Part shown: one piece after another, positions 39,515-52,897 of the stretch
How the letters are laid out: each line of letters opens with the position of its first letter
How positions within the stretch are numbered: the first letter of the stretch is position 1
NCBI RefSeq assembly: GCF_036971445.1
Contig: NC_091473.1
Span: 216,876,001 to 216,940,000 of the forward strand
Direction: 5' to 3'
Source of the DNA: Narcine bancroftii
Taxonomy: Eukaryota
Length of the DNA: 64,000 nt
Program-made: the position numbers and the translations under genes
Notes under the pieces: model-generated
The model's database searches: none
The model's input: the letters and a program-made list of their open reading frames with translations, nothing else
Told to the model about the DNA's origin: nothing

Positions 39515-39713
39515 CAGGAACGGCGACAAGAGCGAGGATGGGATAATAAATCAGTTTAAAGGTCCGCAGCGCATACAAGATCCGAAGATTAAATGTCAGC
39601 CAATCGTCAGCGGCAAAAATGTGTTGGGCCATCCAGAAGACATTCTTTCTCTTGCCACTGACATTCCACTCGACTGTTCGCAGATTCAGATCCGTTACAG
39701 GCTCCTCTACCAT
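39515..39713 (-). CDS. GPR139-like paralog 3, exon 1
   Basis: MVEE...KRKNVFWMAQH...IYYPILALVAVP; donor G|GTGAGT at 39515/39514; the MESR ATG of paralogs 1 and 2 is absent (GGG GAG AGC AGG). Confidence 0.82.
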
Positions 39714-39847
39714 CTTCAGGTTCCTTTCCCTGCTCTCCCCTTCGAATACAGCTCGGATCTCCAGCGATTACATGGGCGCTCCGCGAATTTAATTGATTAA
39801 CCATTATTAATAGATTAGAGAATGTCCCTGGTGATGAAATGCAACGC

Positions 39848-39909
39848 CGTGGAGATTCACATTAATTACACCCAATAACGAAGCTGCTGCCGTTAACCCC
39901 TTTATCTCC
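39848..39909 (-). promoter_or_regulatory. Core promoter of paralog 3 (GATAAA at the TATA position)
   Basis: GGAGATAAAGGGGTTAAC followed by TAATTAATGTGAATCTCC. Confidence 0.55.
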
Positions 39910-40846
39910 GAAAAAGAACATGATACATCTGTCGAAGTTTGCCAAATGTCATACCGATCCCAGGAATTTAAATTTGCCTACCCTGTCCACCTCCGATCCC
40001 CCCCAATTAATCACTGTTTCGTCTACCTCTGCTTTTCCCTTCCTAAAGTCTACAATTGGCTCCTTGATTTTTTTTTGCATCATTGAGAGTGAGATTGTCG
40101 GTGCGCCATCCCGCCAGGTTTTCAATCGCCCTCCTGTACGCTGACTCGTCGCCCCTTCTTTCTACAGCTCACTTCTGCCAAGGGGTCTGATTGATGTTGG
40201 TTTATCATCCATTTGTGCTTTTTGCGGAGGGCAGGACAGGGTACCTGGAGGGACATGGCGTCGACAGTGAAATTCTCTTAGATTGACTCCTATTGCTGCG
40301 TTCTGCATTGTCTCCCGCCTTATGCGTCCTCTTCATCGTGTGATAAATCACACGCACTAATGTGACCATGTCCTTCCAAGTACATGGCTCGTGTTTATAT
40401 TCAAGATTTATCTCCACTGTTTTGCCTAAGTTTCATGCTTCTTGCCGCCGTCGTCATTCTAATATTCATAAAGTTGGCCCCGCTTTTGGCCTTTTCTTTC
40501 CGTTTCACGTTCATTTTTTTTGGTGTGTGTGGTCATTGTAGTCTTGACTCAGCAAATCACGATCAACATCGAATCTGTGAATTGATTCCTGCAGGCTCAT
40601 TGGGCGGCACATGCTGAACTCTGGGGTAAAAACAGGCGGCTAATGGATCCAGCATCCTCGGTGTCGGGCTGAGATAAATGAGGATAGATCGCCAGAGTAA
40701 AGAGGCAACAGGATAGGGGTGAGACAGACAGCGGCTGGTAGGTATCGGGCAAAACCGGGTGAGGTTTGGGATGGTGGACAGAGGATGACAGTTGAAAGAG
40801 AAGATGAGAGTATTCATGGAATCAATTAAGAGAGTGATAATGAGGA

Positions 40847-41091
40847 CGGGGGGCACGGTTGGCGTAGAGGTTAGAGCAAAGCGCCAGCGATCGGGACTCG
40901 AGTTTGAATCCCGCGCTGTCTGTAAGGAGTCTGTACGTTCTCCCCTTGCCTGCGTGGGTTTTCCACGGGGGCTCCGGTCTCCTCTCGCCGTTCGAAACGT
41001 ACCGGGGCTGTAGGTCATTTGGGTGTAAATTGGGCGGCAAGGACTAATGAGCGGAAATGGCCTGTTAGTTACCGTGCTGTAAGTCTAAATT
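40847..41091 (+). mobile_element. tRNA-derived V-SINE (HE1-like)
   Basis: A box TGGCGTAGAGG, B box GAGTTTGAATCC and V-domain GTACGTTCTCCCC..TGCGTGGGTTTTCC. Confidence 0.8.
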
Positions 41092-41258
41092 GGCGGTGGG
41101 AGGAGGGAGGGCAATGACAGAGGGTGGTCGGTAATCGATGGGAACAGATAAGGGAAAATGATGTAGATGAAAGCGGATTAGAGCAGAGGGAACATGAATC
41201 AAATGAGAAACGAAATAGCAAGAAGAGAGGCATATTGGGGAAATCGAACAAGGTAGGG

Positions 41259-43320
41259 GTGGGTTTCAAACGTTTTCTTTCCACTCACATCTCACTTTGA
41301 TTCCTGTGCCACCGGTGCTCCGTGATTAGTAAGGGATTGCTTAAGGTGGTATGTGAGAGGGAAGGGAAGGTTGAGAATCCCTGCTCGATACTCGATTGTT
41401 GCGGAAATATTTTCCTTGAGACTTACCACTAACACTGATAGGAAGGATAAACTGTATTAATATGAACATCTTCCCAAGGATACAATACCTATTTCAATCA
41501 TTACCAATTCACCTAACAGAGAAATTCTTCAAGGAGCTAAAGAAAATAATAAGGAAATTCTTATGGAAAGGGGGGGAAACCGAGGATAGCACTAGATAAA
41601 TTAACAGAATGGTACAAACAAGGAGGTTTACAACTACCAAACTTTAAGAATTATTATAGAGCAGCACAATTAAGACACCTATCAGACTTTTATCAAACAA
41701 GGGAAAAACCAGATTAGAACTAGATAAAATAGGGGAGAAGATACATGGACATATACTATACAAGTGGGATGATAAATTGGTGCAACGTAGGAATTCACCA
41801 GAATTGCACCATCTCCTCAACATTTGGAAGAAGATTCACGTATAAAGGAATAAAATAAATTATCAACTACCAAAATTAATATTGACACAAAATCAACTAA
41901 TCCCTTTCACAATAAATAACCTTTCCTTCAGAGAATGGGAGAGAAAAGGGATCGAAAGAATAGAAAATTGTTTTTCGGGAAATAAATTATTATCTTTTGA
42001 ACAAATGAAGGACAAATATAATATAACTCACGATACAATGTTTGCATACCACCAACTAAAAACCTACTTGAAGGACAAATTGGGAAACAGTCTGAGGTTA
42101 CCAGAAGGAAGCAATTTTGAATATGTGATTACAGACACAATGATAATTTAAAAATTTATAACAAACATGTACATCAAACTGCAAGAAAAGGAGAACGAGG
42201 AAACTAACTGTAAACCTAAACAAAAATGGGAATAAGATCTAAACATAAAGATAAAGAATGAAACATGGGAAAAGCTATGCTCCGGAACTATGAGAAATAC
42301 AATAAACACGAGTTTACGCATGATACAATATATTTGGTTACTCAGGCTATACATCACACCCCAAAAGTTAAATAAATGGGACCTAACGGTATCAGACAGA
42401 TGTTTTCGCTGTAAAAAAGGAAGCGGGAACAACAATTCATGCAATTTGGACATGTGAGAAAGTGGAAAAAGTTTGGGAAGATCTAAACCAGATATTAAAT
42501 AAAATCACAAAAAGCAATATACCAAAAAACCCAGAGATTTTCCTTCTAAGTAATATAAGAAATAAAGAATTTGGACTTGATTTAGATGGAGCACAAAAAA
42601 GATTTATTATGATAGCCTTAGCTGTAGCAAAAAAATGTATTATGTCAACCTGGAAATTAGAAGACAACTTGAGAATACAACAATGGTACATAGAAATAAA
42701 TAAATGTATTCCATTAGAAAAAAATAACATATAATTTAAGAAATAACATCACAATATTCGAACAAATATGGGAACCATACATGAAACACAATAGAGAAAT
42801 CCTACCATAGACCTCCACCACCTAAAATGACAGAAGGAGAAGACAACAAAATGAACTGACCCAGTATGTAAAAGTAAAAGACAATAATTTCTGTTTATTT
42901 TTATTAAGTGACAACATTGTTTAACAGGTTTAATGTATCTTATAGATTGAACTTTAAATAAATGGGAAGGGGGGATGAGGGAGGGAGGGAAGGGAGGAGG
43001 GAAAAGGGGGAGAAAATGACACTGTATATATTCAAGAGAAAAAATGTCTGTATGTATTTTGGTCAGTATGGTTTTTAGTGTGAAAAATTAAAAAAAATAA
43101 TAAAAAAAAAGAAAAAGTGTCATTGGCCCATTTCCTTTGGAGTTATGAAACTGTGCACATAACGAGTCAATGAGGTATGATTAAAGCAGTGGTTTTCAAA
43201 CTTTTTTTCTTTCCACCCACATATTACCTTAAGCAATCCCTTACTAATCACAGAACACCTATGGTATAGGGAATACTTAAGATGGTAAGTGAGTGGAAAG
43301 AAATATTTGGAAACACTAAC
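41259..43320. mobile_element. hAT-like MITE (41259-41420 plus 43111-43320) split by an L1 insertion
   Basis: CAGTGGTTTTCAAACT-type termini and internal palindromes; the uninterrupted junction TTTCCTTGAG/AAAAAGTG is seen in the copy at 44141-44360. Confidence 0.65.
41421..43110 (+). mobile_element. 5'-truncated L1 (same family as 3769-9831)
   Basis: ORF2 C-terminus, G-rich 3' UTR and A tail closely match 8150-9831. Confidence 0.92.
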
Positions 43321-43674
43321 CTTTCACGAGACAGTGCCACAATAGTCTGCGTTCACTAGCCAAAGGATCAGATACAATTTTCCCCAAATCTCTTTCCCTA
43401 TCCTTTCATCTAGCTCTCCAGCCACTTCCCTTCTTTCTCCTATCCAAGAACTTACCTCTGCCTTCACCCCGTCACTTCTCAGCTTTTATTTTACCCTCCC
43501 ACCTTTATCTATTTATTACCTCTTAGCTGGTAGCTTGTGCTCCTCTCTGCCCCTTCCTCCTTTTACCCCACTCCTCCCACCTTTTTATTCAGGCATTTTT
43601 TATGTGTTCCTGACCAAGAGACCAGATCCAAAATGTTTGTTACCCTTTACTTCCCGTGGAGGCTGCGTGACCAT

Positions 43675-46330
43675 TGAACACTACAGCCCAGCATCAGGTC
43701 CTTTCAGGCCTTCTAGTCTGTGCCCAACCATTTTTATTTTGCCTAGTCCCACTGACCTGCACCCAGTCTACAGCCCTCCATACCACTCCCATCCAAATTC
43801 TTAAATGTTAAAATTGAGCTCGCATTCACCACCTCAGCTGGAGCTCATTCCACACTCCCACCAAGCTGAGTGAAAAGGTTTCTCCTCACGTCTCCCCCCA
43901 CCCCTCAACCCCCAAACTTCTCCCTTTTCACTCTTATCTCAAGTTCTCTGGTTTTTTTTTAATTTCACATATCCTCAGTGCAAAAAAAAAACCATTTATA
44001 TTTACTCTGCTTTCTCCCTTATAATGTTAAATACCTCTATCAAATCTCCCCTCATTCTTCTACACACCAAGGAATAAAGTCCTAACCTATTTAACCTTTC
44101 CCCGTAACTCAGTTTCTGAAGTCCAGGAAAGGTGAAAAGTTAGTGTTTTCAAACGTTTCTTTCCACTCACATACTGACTTAAGTATTTCCTATGCCATAG
44201 GTGTTCTGTGATTAGTAAGGGATTGCTTAAGGTAATATGTGTGTGGAAAGAAAAAAAGTTTGAAAACCATTGTTTTAACTGTACCTAATTGACACGATAT
44301 GTGCACGGTTTCTTAACTCCAAAGGAAATGGGCCAATTACACTTTTTCTCAAGGAAAATCCAAGTACATTTTTTCTGTGCACTTTAAATCTTATTGATAG
44401 CTTTCCTGTAGTTAGGTGACCAAAAAATGGCATACAATACTCCAAATTTGGTCTCACTAATGTTTTATACAACTTTACCATAATATGCCAGCTCCTCTAT
44501 TCAGTACTTTGATTTATGAAAACCAATATGCCAACAGCTTTCTTTACAACCTTATCCATCTGTGATGCCACTTTCAAGGAATTATTCTCAGGTCTCTGTT
44601 CTACTGCACTCCTCAGTGCCCTGCCATTTACCATCTACATCCTTTCTTGGTTTGTCCTTTCAAAATGGAACACCCAACACTTGTCTGCATTAAATTCCAT
44701 GTGCCATTTTCCAGCCCATTTTCCCCAGGTGATCCGGATCCTTCTGCAAGCTTTGAAAACCCTCACTGTCCACAACACCTCCAATCTTAGTGTCATCTGG
44801 AAACTTGCTGATCCAATTTACCACATTATCATCCAGATCATTGAAATAGATGACAGACATCAATGGCCCCAACACCAATCCCTGAGGCACACCACTAGTA
44901 GACAAGCCCTCTAGTCTATCCTACCTGAGTACAGCAGTGATATTTTTCCTGATGAGCAATGCCACTCCCCCCCCTTTCATCACCCCCCCACCCCCGAATT
45001 CTATTGCATTTTAAGCAACAATGAGCTGCCAGTACTGCACCTCCCATAACCAAGTGTCACTAATGGCCACAGAGTCATAATTCCACGTGCCAATCCACAC
45101 TCTAAGCTTGTCTGCCTTTCCCACAATACTCCTTACATTGAAATAGATGCACCTGAGAACATTTCCACCATATACAACCCGTTGACTTCTAACAATGCAT
45201 GGAATTTTCACATACTTTTTCTTCCTCTTCCACTCTATCTACTCTGGCTCTTTGGTTCCCATCCCCCTGCAAATCTAGTTTAAATCCACCAAAACAGCAC
45301 TAGCAACCCTTCCCATAAGGATATTAATGCCCCCATGCAAACCATCCTGTTGGAACAGGTCCCACTTTCCCTAGAAGAGAGACCAATGATGTAGAATCCT
45401 GAAGCTCTCTCTCTCTTGCACCATGTCTTCAGCCATGTGCATTAAGCTGTATGGTCCTCCTATTTCTAAACTCACTAGCACGTGGCACAGGTAGCAATCT
45501 TGAGATCACAATCTGGAGGACCTATCCTTCAATCTAGTGTGTAACCTCCAAACTTTCCTTCCAGGACCTCTTCATCTTTCCTATAAACGTCATTGGACCC
45601 CATCTTGCTGCTCACCCTACCTCCTGAGAATGCTGTGAACTCAATCTGAGAGATCATGGACCCTAGCACCAGGGAGCCAATATACTATTCAGCATACTTG
45701 ATCTCATCCACAGAACCTCTTATCCATCACCTTAACTGTAGAATCCCCTATCACTACAGCTCATCTCTTCATCCTTCTCTTCTTCTTAGCTACAGAAACA
45801 TGATCACAATTGCTTGTGCCTGTATTCATAATGGTATACTGTTTATTGAGGGGAACAATCACAGAGTTGCCCTGCACTGCCTGCCTGTTCCCTTTACCTC
45901 TTCCTCTCCTGGCTGTCACCTATCTACCATCCACCTGCCTCCTAGATGTGATAGTGTCCCCATAACTCCTGTCCATCTCCCCCTCCAGAATGATCCAGAG
46001 TTCATCCAACTCTAGCTCCAATCTCTTTGGTTGTCAGGAACTGCAGCTGGATGCATTTCTGACAGATGAAGTCATCAGCAATACTGCTGGCCTCCCTGAC
46101 AACCCACATTCTGCCAGAGGGAGCACTTGCCTGCCTTGGCTGCCATTCCCACTGTTTATGTCTAGAGGAACAAAATATATGATACCTAAACCCTGCCCTT
46201 ACCTTTGCCTACCTGCCAAATCTTACTGCAGCCACTATTTCTCACCTCTTATCTGTTCTCATCAAAGCCTGCTGAGCTAAAGTCTCTGACTCAATCCACT
46301 GGACAATGACCTTCTTCCTCCAATCAGCTT
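43675..46330 (-). mobile_element. Degenerate CR1 LINE (ORF1 remnant, EN and RT pieces), interrupted by a MITE
   Basis: CIYFNVRSI, SGVPQGLVLGPL, KFPDDTK and LVRPNLEYC motifs. Confidence 0.8.
44141..44360 (-). mobile_element. hAT-like MITE, inverted copy of 43111-43320
   Basis: Reverse complement aligns with 43111-43320. Confidence 0.7.
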
Positions 46331-46649
46331 CCAGCTGATGCCAAGCCCCTTTTTAAATTCTGCTGAATTTCGGTCGCACATTTGTCATTGCAGTGGAAAT
46401 TACCATTCACCTTGGCAATCCAGTGAATGGAAATGATCATGGCATATGAGGCGACAAACAGTTTGCACTGCTCCCGCCAGATGTCACTGTTGAGCTGGAA
46501 GGCCAGATCACTGCTGGTGCATCTGGCTTGGTTTCCATCCTGAAGATGTTCGCGTTACTCTGAATTATCAGAGCAGATTGTACTCTTTATTGCAGCCCAG
46601 GGGCCACTTATCGTTGTGGAGGATTCAGCCTACGTCCTGCCTCTTTTGA

Positions 46650-47290
46650 TTTAAAGATTCCAAGATTTCGAGATTCCTTTATTGTCTTGTAATTATGCAT
46701 AAAGTATAATATTACATGAAATTTCCTTTTGCCTGCTGTAAGGCAGTGTCACCATTAGTATTTCCCAGTAAGAGAGAAAAAGTAGCAAAAGAAAGTCCTT
46801 TCAGAAACACTAAGTTTGTGAATTCGCCTCAAGTGCCTCTGAATCCTGCACAGACCCCCTGCTTGATCCATTGGCAGCCCAAGCTCCAGACCCAAACCTC
46901 CGACATGATCAGGAAGCCCGAGGCCCCTTGGGAGCCCTTCCTGTCTTCAGCCCCCTCATGAATCCCGGTTCCGATACCGATATCTGGTTCACATGAGCGA
47001 TTCTCCAGCAGCCTGCAGCCCGAGTGAATCCATTGACCGCGTTGCTGACTGTTTGGGTCTTTCAACTGCTGAGCCCCTTTGCCGGTCTGCTGCCGTGGTC
47101 ACCGTCCTATCGGATCGTCTCCTCTGCTTCTCCTTCTCAATGTAAGGGTGCATTTTCCACTACTGGTGCTCTGCACTGGTCCGCTGCTTCCCTGGAATCT
47201 GCAACCCCTCGTGTCTGCTGCAATCCTGGCCACAGACCCTGCTGTTGCAGGAATTTAATCAAAACTACCATTGACCCTTAAACAGGCCAT
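46650..47290 (-). mobile_element. Non-autonomous retroelement, family of 29065-29700
   Basis: Shared 5' region and (GGAATCTT)-like tail. Confidence 0.55.
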
Positions 47291-47339
47291 TTACATCCTA
47301 TACTCATCAGAAACTGTAAACAAACTGACTGTGAAAATC

Positions 47340-48600
47340 CAGTTGTTTAAGTATTCAGCAATAAATAGCGAGCTATGAGTCGTTAAATGGATGTCTGAAT
47401 GAGTCTATTGTTCAAGTGTCCGATAGTTGAGGGGTAGCAACCATTCCTGAACGTGGTGGTATGAGTCCTGTACCTCCTTCCTGATGGCAGCAGTGAGGAC
47501 AGACCATGCCCTGGGTGATGCAGATCCTTGATGCTACTCTTTGCTGGCAGCTTTCCATAGAGATATGATGGGGATAGTTTTGCCTGTGATGTGCTGGGCT
47601 GAGTCCAGCAGCTTTTGCAAAATATTTCGCTCAGAGGTATTAATGCAGCTGGTCAGTGTACTTTCCACCACAGATCTGTAAACGTTTGCTAAGATTTCCC
47701 ACAATATATTGGACCTTTGCAGACTTCTAAGGAAGTAGAGATGTTGTTGTGCTATATACAATATGACATTCAGTGCATTCAGATCCTCCGAGATAGTGAC
47801 ACCCAGGAATTTAAAGTTGCTAACCCTCTCCACCTCTGAACCTCTAATGCTTACTGGATCGTAGACCTCTGGTTTTCCATCCCAAAGGCTGTTGTTACTA
47901 CACCATTTATCCATGTTTTCAATCTCTCTCCTCTAAGCTGACTTGTTACCTCTTTTATACAGGCCACTACTGTGGTGTCATCAGCAAACTTGCTGTTGTT
48001 CTTAGCCTCACAATCACAGGTATAAAGTGAGTAGAGCAGGCGGCTAAGTACGTTTTTGCCACTTCACACCGACTGGTTTTTAGAGGTGAGGAAATCTAAG
48101 ATCCAATAGCACAATGGGGTATTGAGCCCCAGGTCTTACAGATTATAGATTAGTTTTGAGAGGATGGTGATATTCAATGTTGAGCTGTAATCAATAAAGA
48201 ACATCCTGTTGCATGCTTTTTTACTCTACAGATGCTATGGGGTTCTGTGAAAAACCAATGAGATGCAGCTGCCGTAGACCTGTTACTATGGCATGGAAAT
48301 CAGAAGCGAGCCATGTCATCATTCAGGCAGGAGATGATATGCATCAACACGAGCCTCTCAAGAGACTTCATCATTGTGCATGTAAGTGACATTGGTATGT
48401 GGTCATTTAGACCGGTTACCACACTCTTCTTGGGCGTCGGTATAATTGATGCCTGTGTGAAACAGGTGGGCATCATGCCCTGTTAGTGTGAGGTTGAAGA
48501 TCTCTGAGAATACACCAGCCAAATGGCCTGCACAGTGCCAGGCCAGGAAATCCATCTGGACCAGATGCTTTCTTGCGTTCATTCTCCTGAAGGCCACCCA
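47340..48600 (-). mobile_element. Rex1/Babar-like LINE fragment
   Basis: KASGPDG, LAGVFSEIFNL, VERVSNFKFLGVTISEDL and QHLYFLRSL motifs. Confidence 0.82.
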
Positions 48601-48610
48601 CCCACCCATT

Positions 48611-48830
48611 GAAGCCTAATAGCCTGAATATGCATGACATTGTCTGAGCTTGGAAACTAAGCACGCACAGGCCTGGTCAATACTTGGAGGGGAGGTTTCT
48701 GTGAAGGGTGCTGGACAAAAGTGGCGACTCTGCCTGCTTTATGGTAGACAAAAGTCAAAGAATATCATGTATGTGAGATATATGTGAGCATGTATAAATG
48801 TAGTATTACCTGATATTAATGGAACCTTTA
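48611..48830 (+). mobile_element. 5S rRNA-derived head joined to a retroelement tail (SINE3-like, or 5S pseudogene)
   Basis: GTCTGAGCTTGGAAACTAAGCACGCACAGGCCTGGTCAATACTTGGAGGGGAG matches the 5S internal control region GTCTGATCTCGGAAGCTAAGCAGGGTCGGGCCTGGTTAGTACTTGGATGGGAG. Confidence 0.7.
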
Positions 48831-50199
48831 CATCTTTTTCAAAAACTGAAAGTAAAGACTCATCAGGAAACATAGTCCACCTACTCTGTGCTGCTCACAG
48901 CCTCCAAGACTTTGAGGCTGCAATTTTACTTAATTCTCCAGCTTCGGATTAACCAGGAAATCACATGGATGCACCATCGCCTGATGACTTCTGCACCTCA
49001 CATCCTGCACTCCTGTTCTACATTCAAAGAATATGATGCCACATTATTCTGCAGTGTTTTGTGTTCAGTAGGCTGGTATGCTCCAATCCATCAACAGCTT
49101 CAAGGAAGGAAGGGTTAGATTGATATGAAATTAGTTTACAAAGGCTGGCACAGCATCATGACCAAAGGTCCCATAATATGTTGTACTGTTCTATGTTATA
49201 TTCATTTGTAACCTAGTAACTGAAACCACTGCCCTCGTGCTGGATTTATTTTTTTTTGTGGTCAGGCTCCTCGCATACTCCCCATGAACCTGTGGCTGGA
49301 ACTGCACTTTATTCTCCAGCCTTGCACTAACCTCACTAGATAATATGGATATAACCTTGCACTAGATAATATGGATGCACTGTAACCTCCCTGCAGTTAT
49401 ATCCACCTCTTCAACATGACCACTGATCATTACATCCTTTAATACACTCAGCTATTTAATGTGATGTATCACCTTCAATGGATGAAGTGCCATATTGTGG
49501 TGAAGTGCTTTGTGTTCAGTTATTTTACTCTGTGACATGACAATTCTACTGTTTAAGGAAGTGTTCCCTTGACAGAGCTATATAATCCTGGGGTATATGA
49601 GGAATTTTGTTATTTATTATTCTGTGAGATATCTAGGTCCCATTTGTGGTCTTATACTTTTATGAGATTTACAGATCCAGTTTGCAATATTCTTTTCAAA
49701 GTTTACATGAAACTGAGATGCCATGGCATTAGGTGCTGCGACTTGGTTAGATGAGTAAAGAGGTCGAAGGTCACTGCCCAAATGAAATTGAATGTCAGAC
49801 CCACACACAGCCAACATCATCTTATGGTTGGTTGCCTTAAGTTACCTTAGGATTGGTCAATGGAAGTCCCATCAATCTGACCGTATTCTCCAGCCACTCT
49901 CTTTCTCCTTTTTCCTCTTACTGAGGTAACTTCCTGAGCCACCCCTGACTAGGCATGACCAACAGTGCTGGAGAATTAATTGTGAGGTGGGTAGATGGGT
50001 CAAGGCTGTTCACATGCATGTCAAAGGGAACTATCCTGGGTTGTCTGATCTAATTTTTAAATAGCTTCTGCAAGTTGAAAACTGTCCTGTTTGGTGGGGG
50101 AGGGGCGGAAGATATTGTGTGTTGTAACCATCTGTAATTGTGGATGTGTGTAGTTCACTTGTATTATAGCATAATTAATGTGCATGTGGGTGTGCGTAG

Positions 50200-50965
50200 A
50201 ACCACAGGACAATTACAACACAAACACAGGCCACGCCGGCCCCTTTAGTCTAAGCTGAACCATTTTTTACTAATCCCACTAACCTGCACCCTGCTCATAC
50301 CCTTCCATACCTCTCCCATCCTCCTTTGAAGGACCTCCACTTACCTCACACATCCTTGCCAGAAAACAACCTATCCGAATCTACTCATTGTAGGTCCTTT
50401 CTAATTTCCTTGAAATTGGCCTTTCTCTAATTGAGGATCTCAACCTGAGGCCCAGACCTATCTTTTTTTTTTCCATAATTAACTTGAAACTAATGACATT
50501 ATGATCACTGGACCTAAAATGTTCCCCTACGCATACTTCTGTCACTTGACCTGTCTAGTTCCCTAATAGGAGATCCAGAATTGCACTCTCACTAGTTGGT
50601 ACCTCTATATATTGATTTAGAAAATGATCCTGAACATATTTGATAAACTCCATGTCCTTCAGTCTTTTTTACAATATGGAAGTCCCAGTCAATATGTGTG
50701 AAACTAAAACCTTATGTTTCCTGCAGCTATCTCCATCTCTCTACAGATTTGCTTCTCCAATTCCCGCTGACTATTGGCCCGTCTATAATACAACTCCATG
50801 AGTGTGGTCATACTTGTCCCGCTCCTCAGCTCCACCCATACAGCCTCAGTAGACGAGCCCTCTCGTCTGTCCTGCCTGAGCACAGGTGAGATATTTTCTA
50901 TGTCTAGCAATCCTACTCCTCCCCCTTTCATCCCCCTCCAAGCCACCCGTGTCTAAAGCAACGGA
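50200..50965 (-). mobile_element. CR1 LINE fragments (endonuclease part and 3' end)
   Basis: KGGGVGLL, EAVWVEL and YYRRANS motifs. Confidence 0.78.
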
Positions 50966-51528
50966 CGCGTGTCTTCTGTTTGGTATTTGTCCCCTTTGAA
51001 AGTGAAGTTCGCGGTTTAAAACCAGGACGTGTCCTTTGAACCTTGATCTCCACCACATCACTTTGTTCATCTCTCCTCCTCTGTCAGTTGCAACTGCCTT
51101 TGAGTCCAGAGAATTAGAATTAGATTGAAGCATTCGCTGTGTCTGAGCCCTTGACTGCAAGACATGCTACATGAGACCGAGGAACGAAATTATGTGCAAA
51201 TCCACTATAATTATCAGTGCGATCACGAGGCTGAAATGCGATATTTTGAGGTTGAATTGCTATATTAGATTTAGTACTCTGTAAACTGTTATTACAAAGG
51301 TCTTTATTTACTTCAGATGCATTACTAAATAGAAATTAGATGAGACCGAAGAGAAGAACATAATTGATGAGTTTCTTTGCTAGATAGCATTGTGATAAGT
51401 TTGAACTAACCATTCAAACAGTAACTGCTTGTCTTGAAAGCATCAGGTGTGCGCCCCGATTACGCACAGAAACCGATTGGGTCAGAGTGTACCCAAGCAG
51501 TTCGGGAAGTCGACTGTGCCGTGGTGTC

Positions 51529-52424
51529 CTAGAAGCGTTTTAGAATAAGTGCGAGGGGAGATTTCACCACGTCCTTGAACTGGTCCCGGAACTTGGTCTG
51601 GGTGACGGCGTAGAGAGCAGTGTTGGTGCAACAGCTCAGGAGCTGCAGTAGAAAGCACAACTCGCGAATGGATTCGGGTGGAAACACGGACACGTGCACC
51701 AAAAACCGCACCCGGTTCCAAATGTAATAGACAGTAAACAACCCCCACAAAAGGATAAAATTCCAGGAGATGACCAGTAATAAAATGAGCGACTTCCTAC
51801 GACTCGCCATTTCTGGATCGTGGGCACCTTCCCCACTGCTGGGAGCTCGGAGTCTCCTGCGGGCTCGACTCGCCACTAACACGTGTCTGATAGTTAAAGC
51901 ATTGAGCAGGAGAACCAGGATGAACGGGATTACAGGGGTGAGGATGTAATGGAGAAGCTCAAGCAATCCGCAGACTCGCGATTCCAGAAGTCTGGCTCTC
52001 GGCATGCAAAGCCAGCGGGCGTAAGCGAGGGAATATTCCGAGGTGAGCATGAAACACCAAAAAATGTTCTTTAAGCAGCTGAGAGCGGTCACTGTCCCCA
52101 GAACCACCAGCGCCGTTCTCTCGGTACAATACCTAGTTTTCAGTTTCTGACAACAAATGGCGACGAATCGATCGAAGGTGAAGGTGACGGTGAACCAGAC
52201 AGAACAGTCGGTGGCGGTGTACAGCAGGAAGGCGTGGACATCACACACGCGGATGGACCGCACGAAACCAAAGTAATCCCGATATGCAATTGGAATCTTC
52301 ATCAATATCAGGTCGAGGAAAACGACTATTAGATCTGTCGTGGCCATGGCAACCAGGTAGCGAGTGACACCTTTGGACAGACCGCATTTTCCTCGCGACA
52401 GGATCACAATTGTCACGATGTTCA
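51529..52424 (-). CDS. GPR139/GPR142-like GPCR paralog 4, exon 2; up to ~407 aa spliced
   Basis: Intact paralogous ORF ending LKRF*; AG acceptor at 52425-52426. Confidence 0.9.
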
Positions 52425-52580
52425 CTTTTTAGTTTGCAGGGAATATAAACGAAGACATTACTGATTAGGCTGGGAAAACAGATAACATTCTCCAAATACT
52501 GCGTGAAAGTTTACGTTCCTCTATCCGGATACCTCTATTTGGAATTTAACCTCTGTAAACAGGAAATCTAACAATAATTG

Positions 52581-52897
52581 TGTTAGAGGCGCCAGTGGTC
52601 ATGTAGAGAACTAATACTCGGGTCATAGGGCTTGTGTGAGTAAACGAGGCCCAAGTTACTATGCCCACTCTTTACCCAGGGACCCCATGCAATGAGGGAT
52701 GGAATAATGGAATGGAATGGAATAAAGGATGGAATCATGGTTTGCCCCAACTATCAACCCATGTTCATGGGTTAGTGTGGCCGAATAATTTCAGGTTACT
52801 ACTCCAGATCATACGCCAAAGACACTGACTTGATGTAGAGGAGCAGGTAAGGCTCCTTCTCCTGGCCATGATCTGTTTTTTTTTTCCCCCTGTAACA
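52581..52897. mobile_element. Possible solo LTR (TGTTA...TAACA), homologous to ~31600-31985 in the paralog 3 intron
   Basis: Short terminal inverted repeat; shared CAGG(T/C)TACTA..CCAAAGA(C/T)ACTGAC..AGGCTCC block. Confidence 0.4.

Noticed and set aside
52700-52740. (GGAAT)n run resembling satellite DNA
   Set aside because: Too short and degenerate; ordinary simple repeat.
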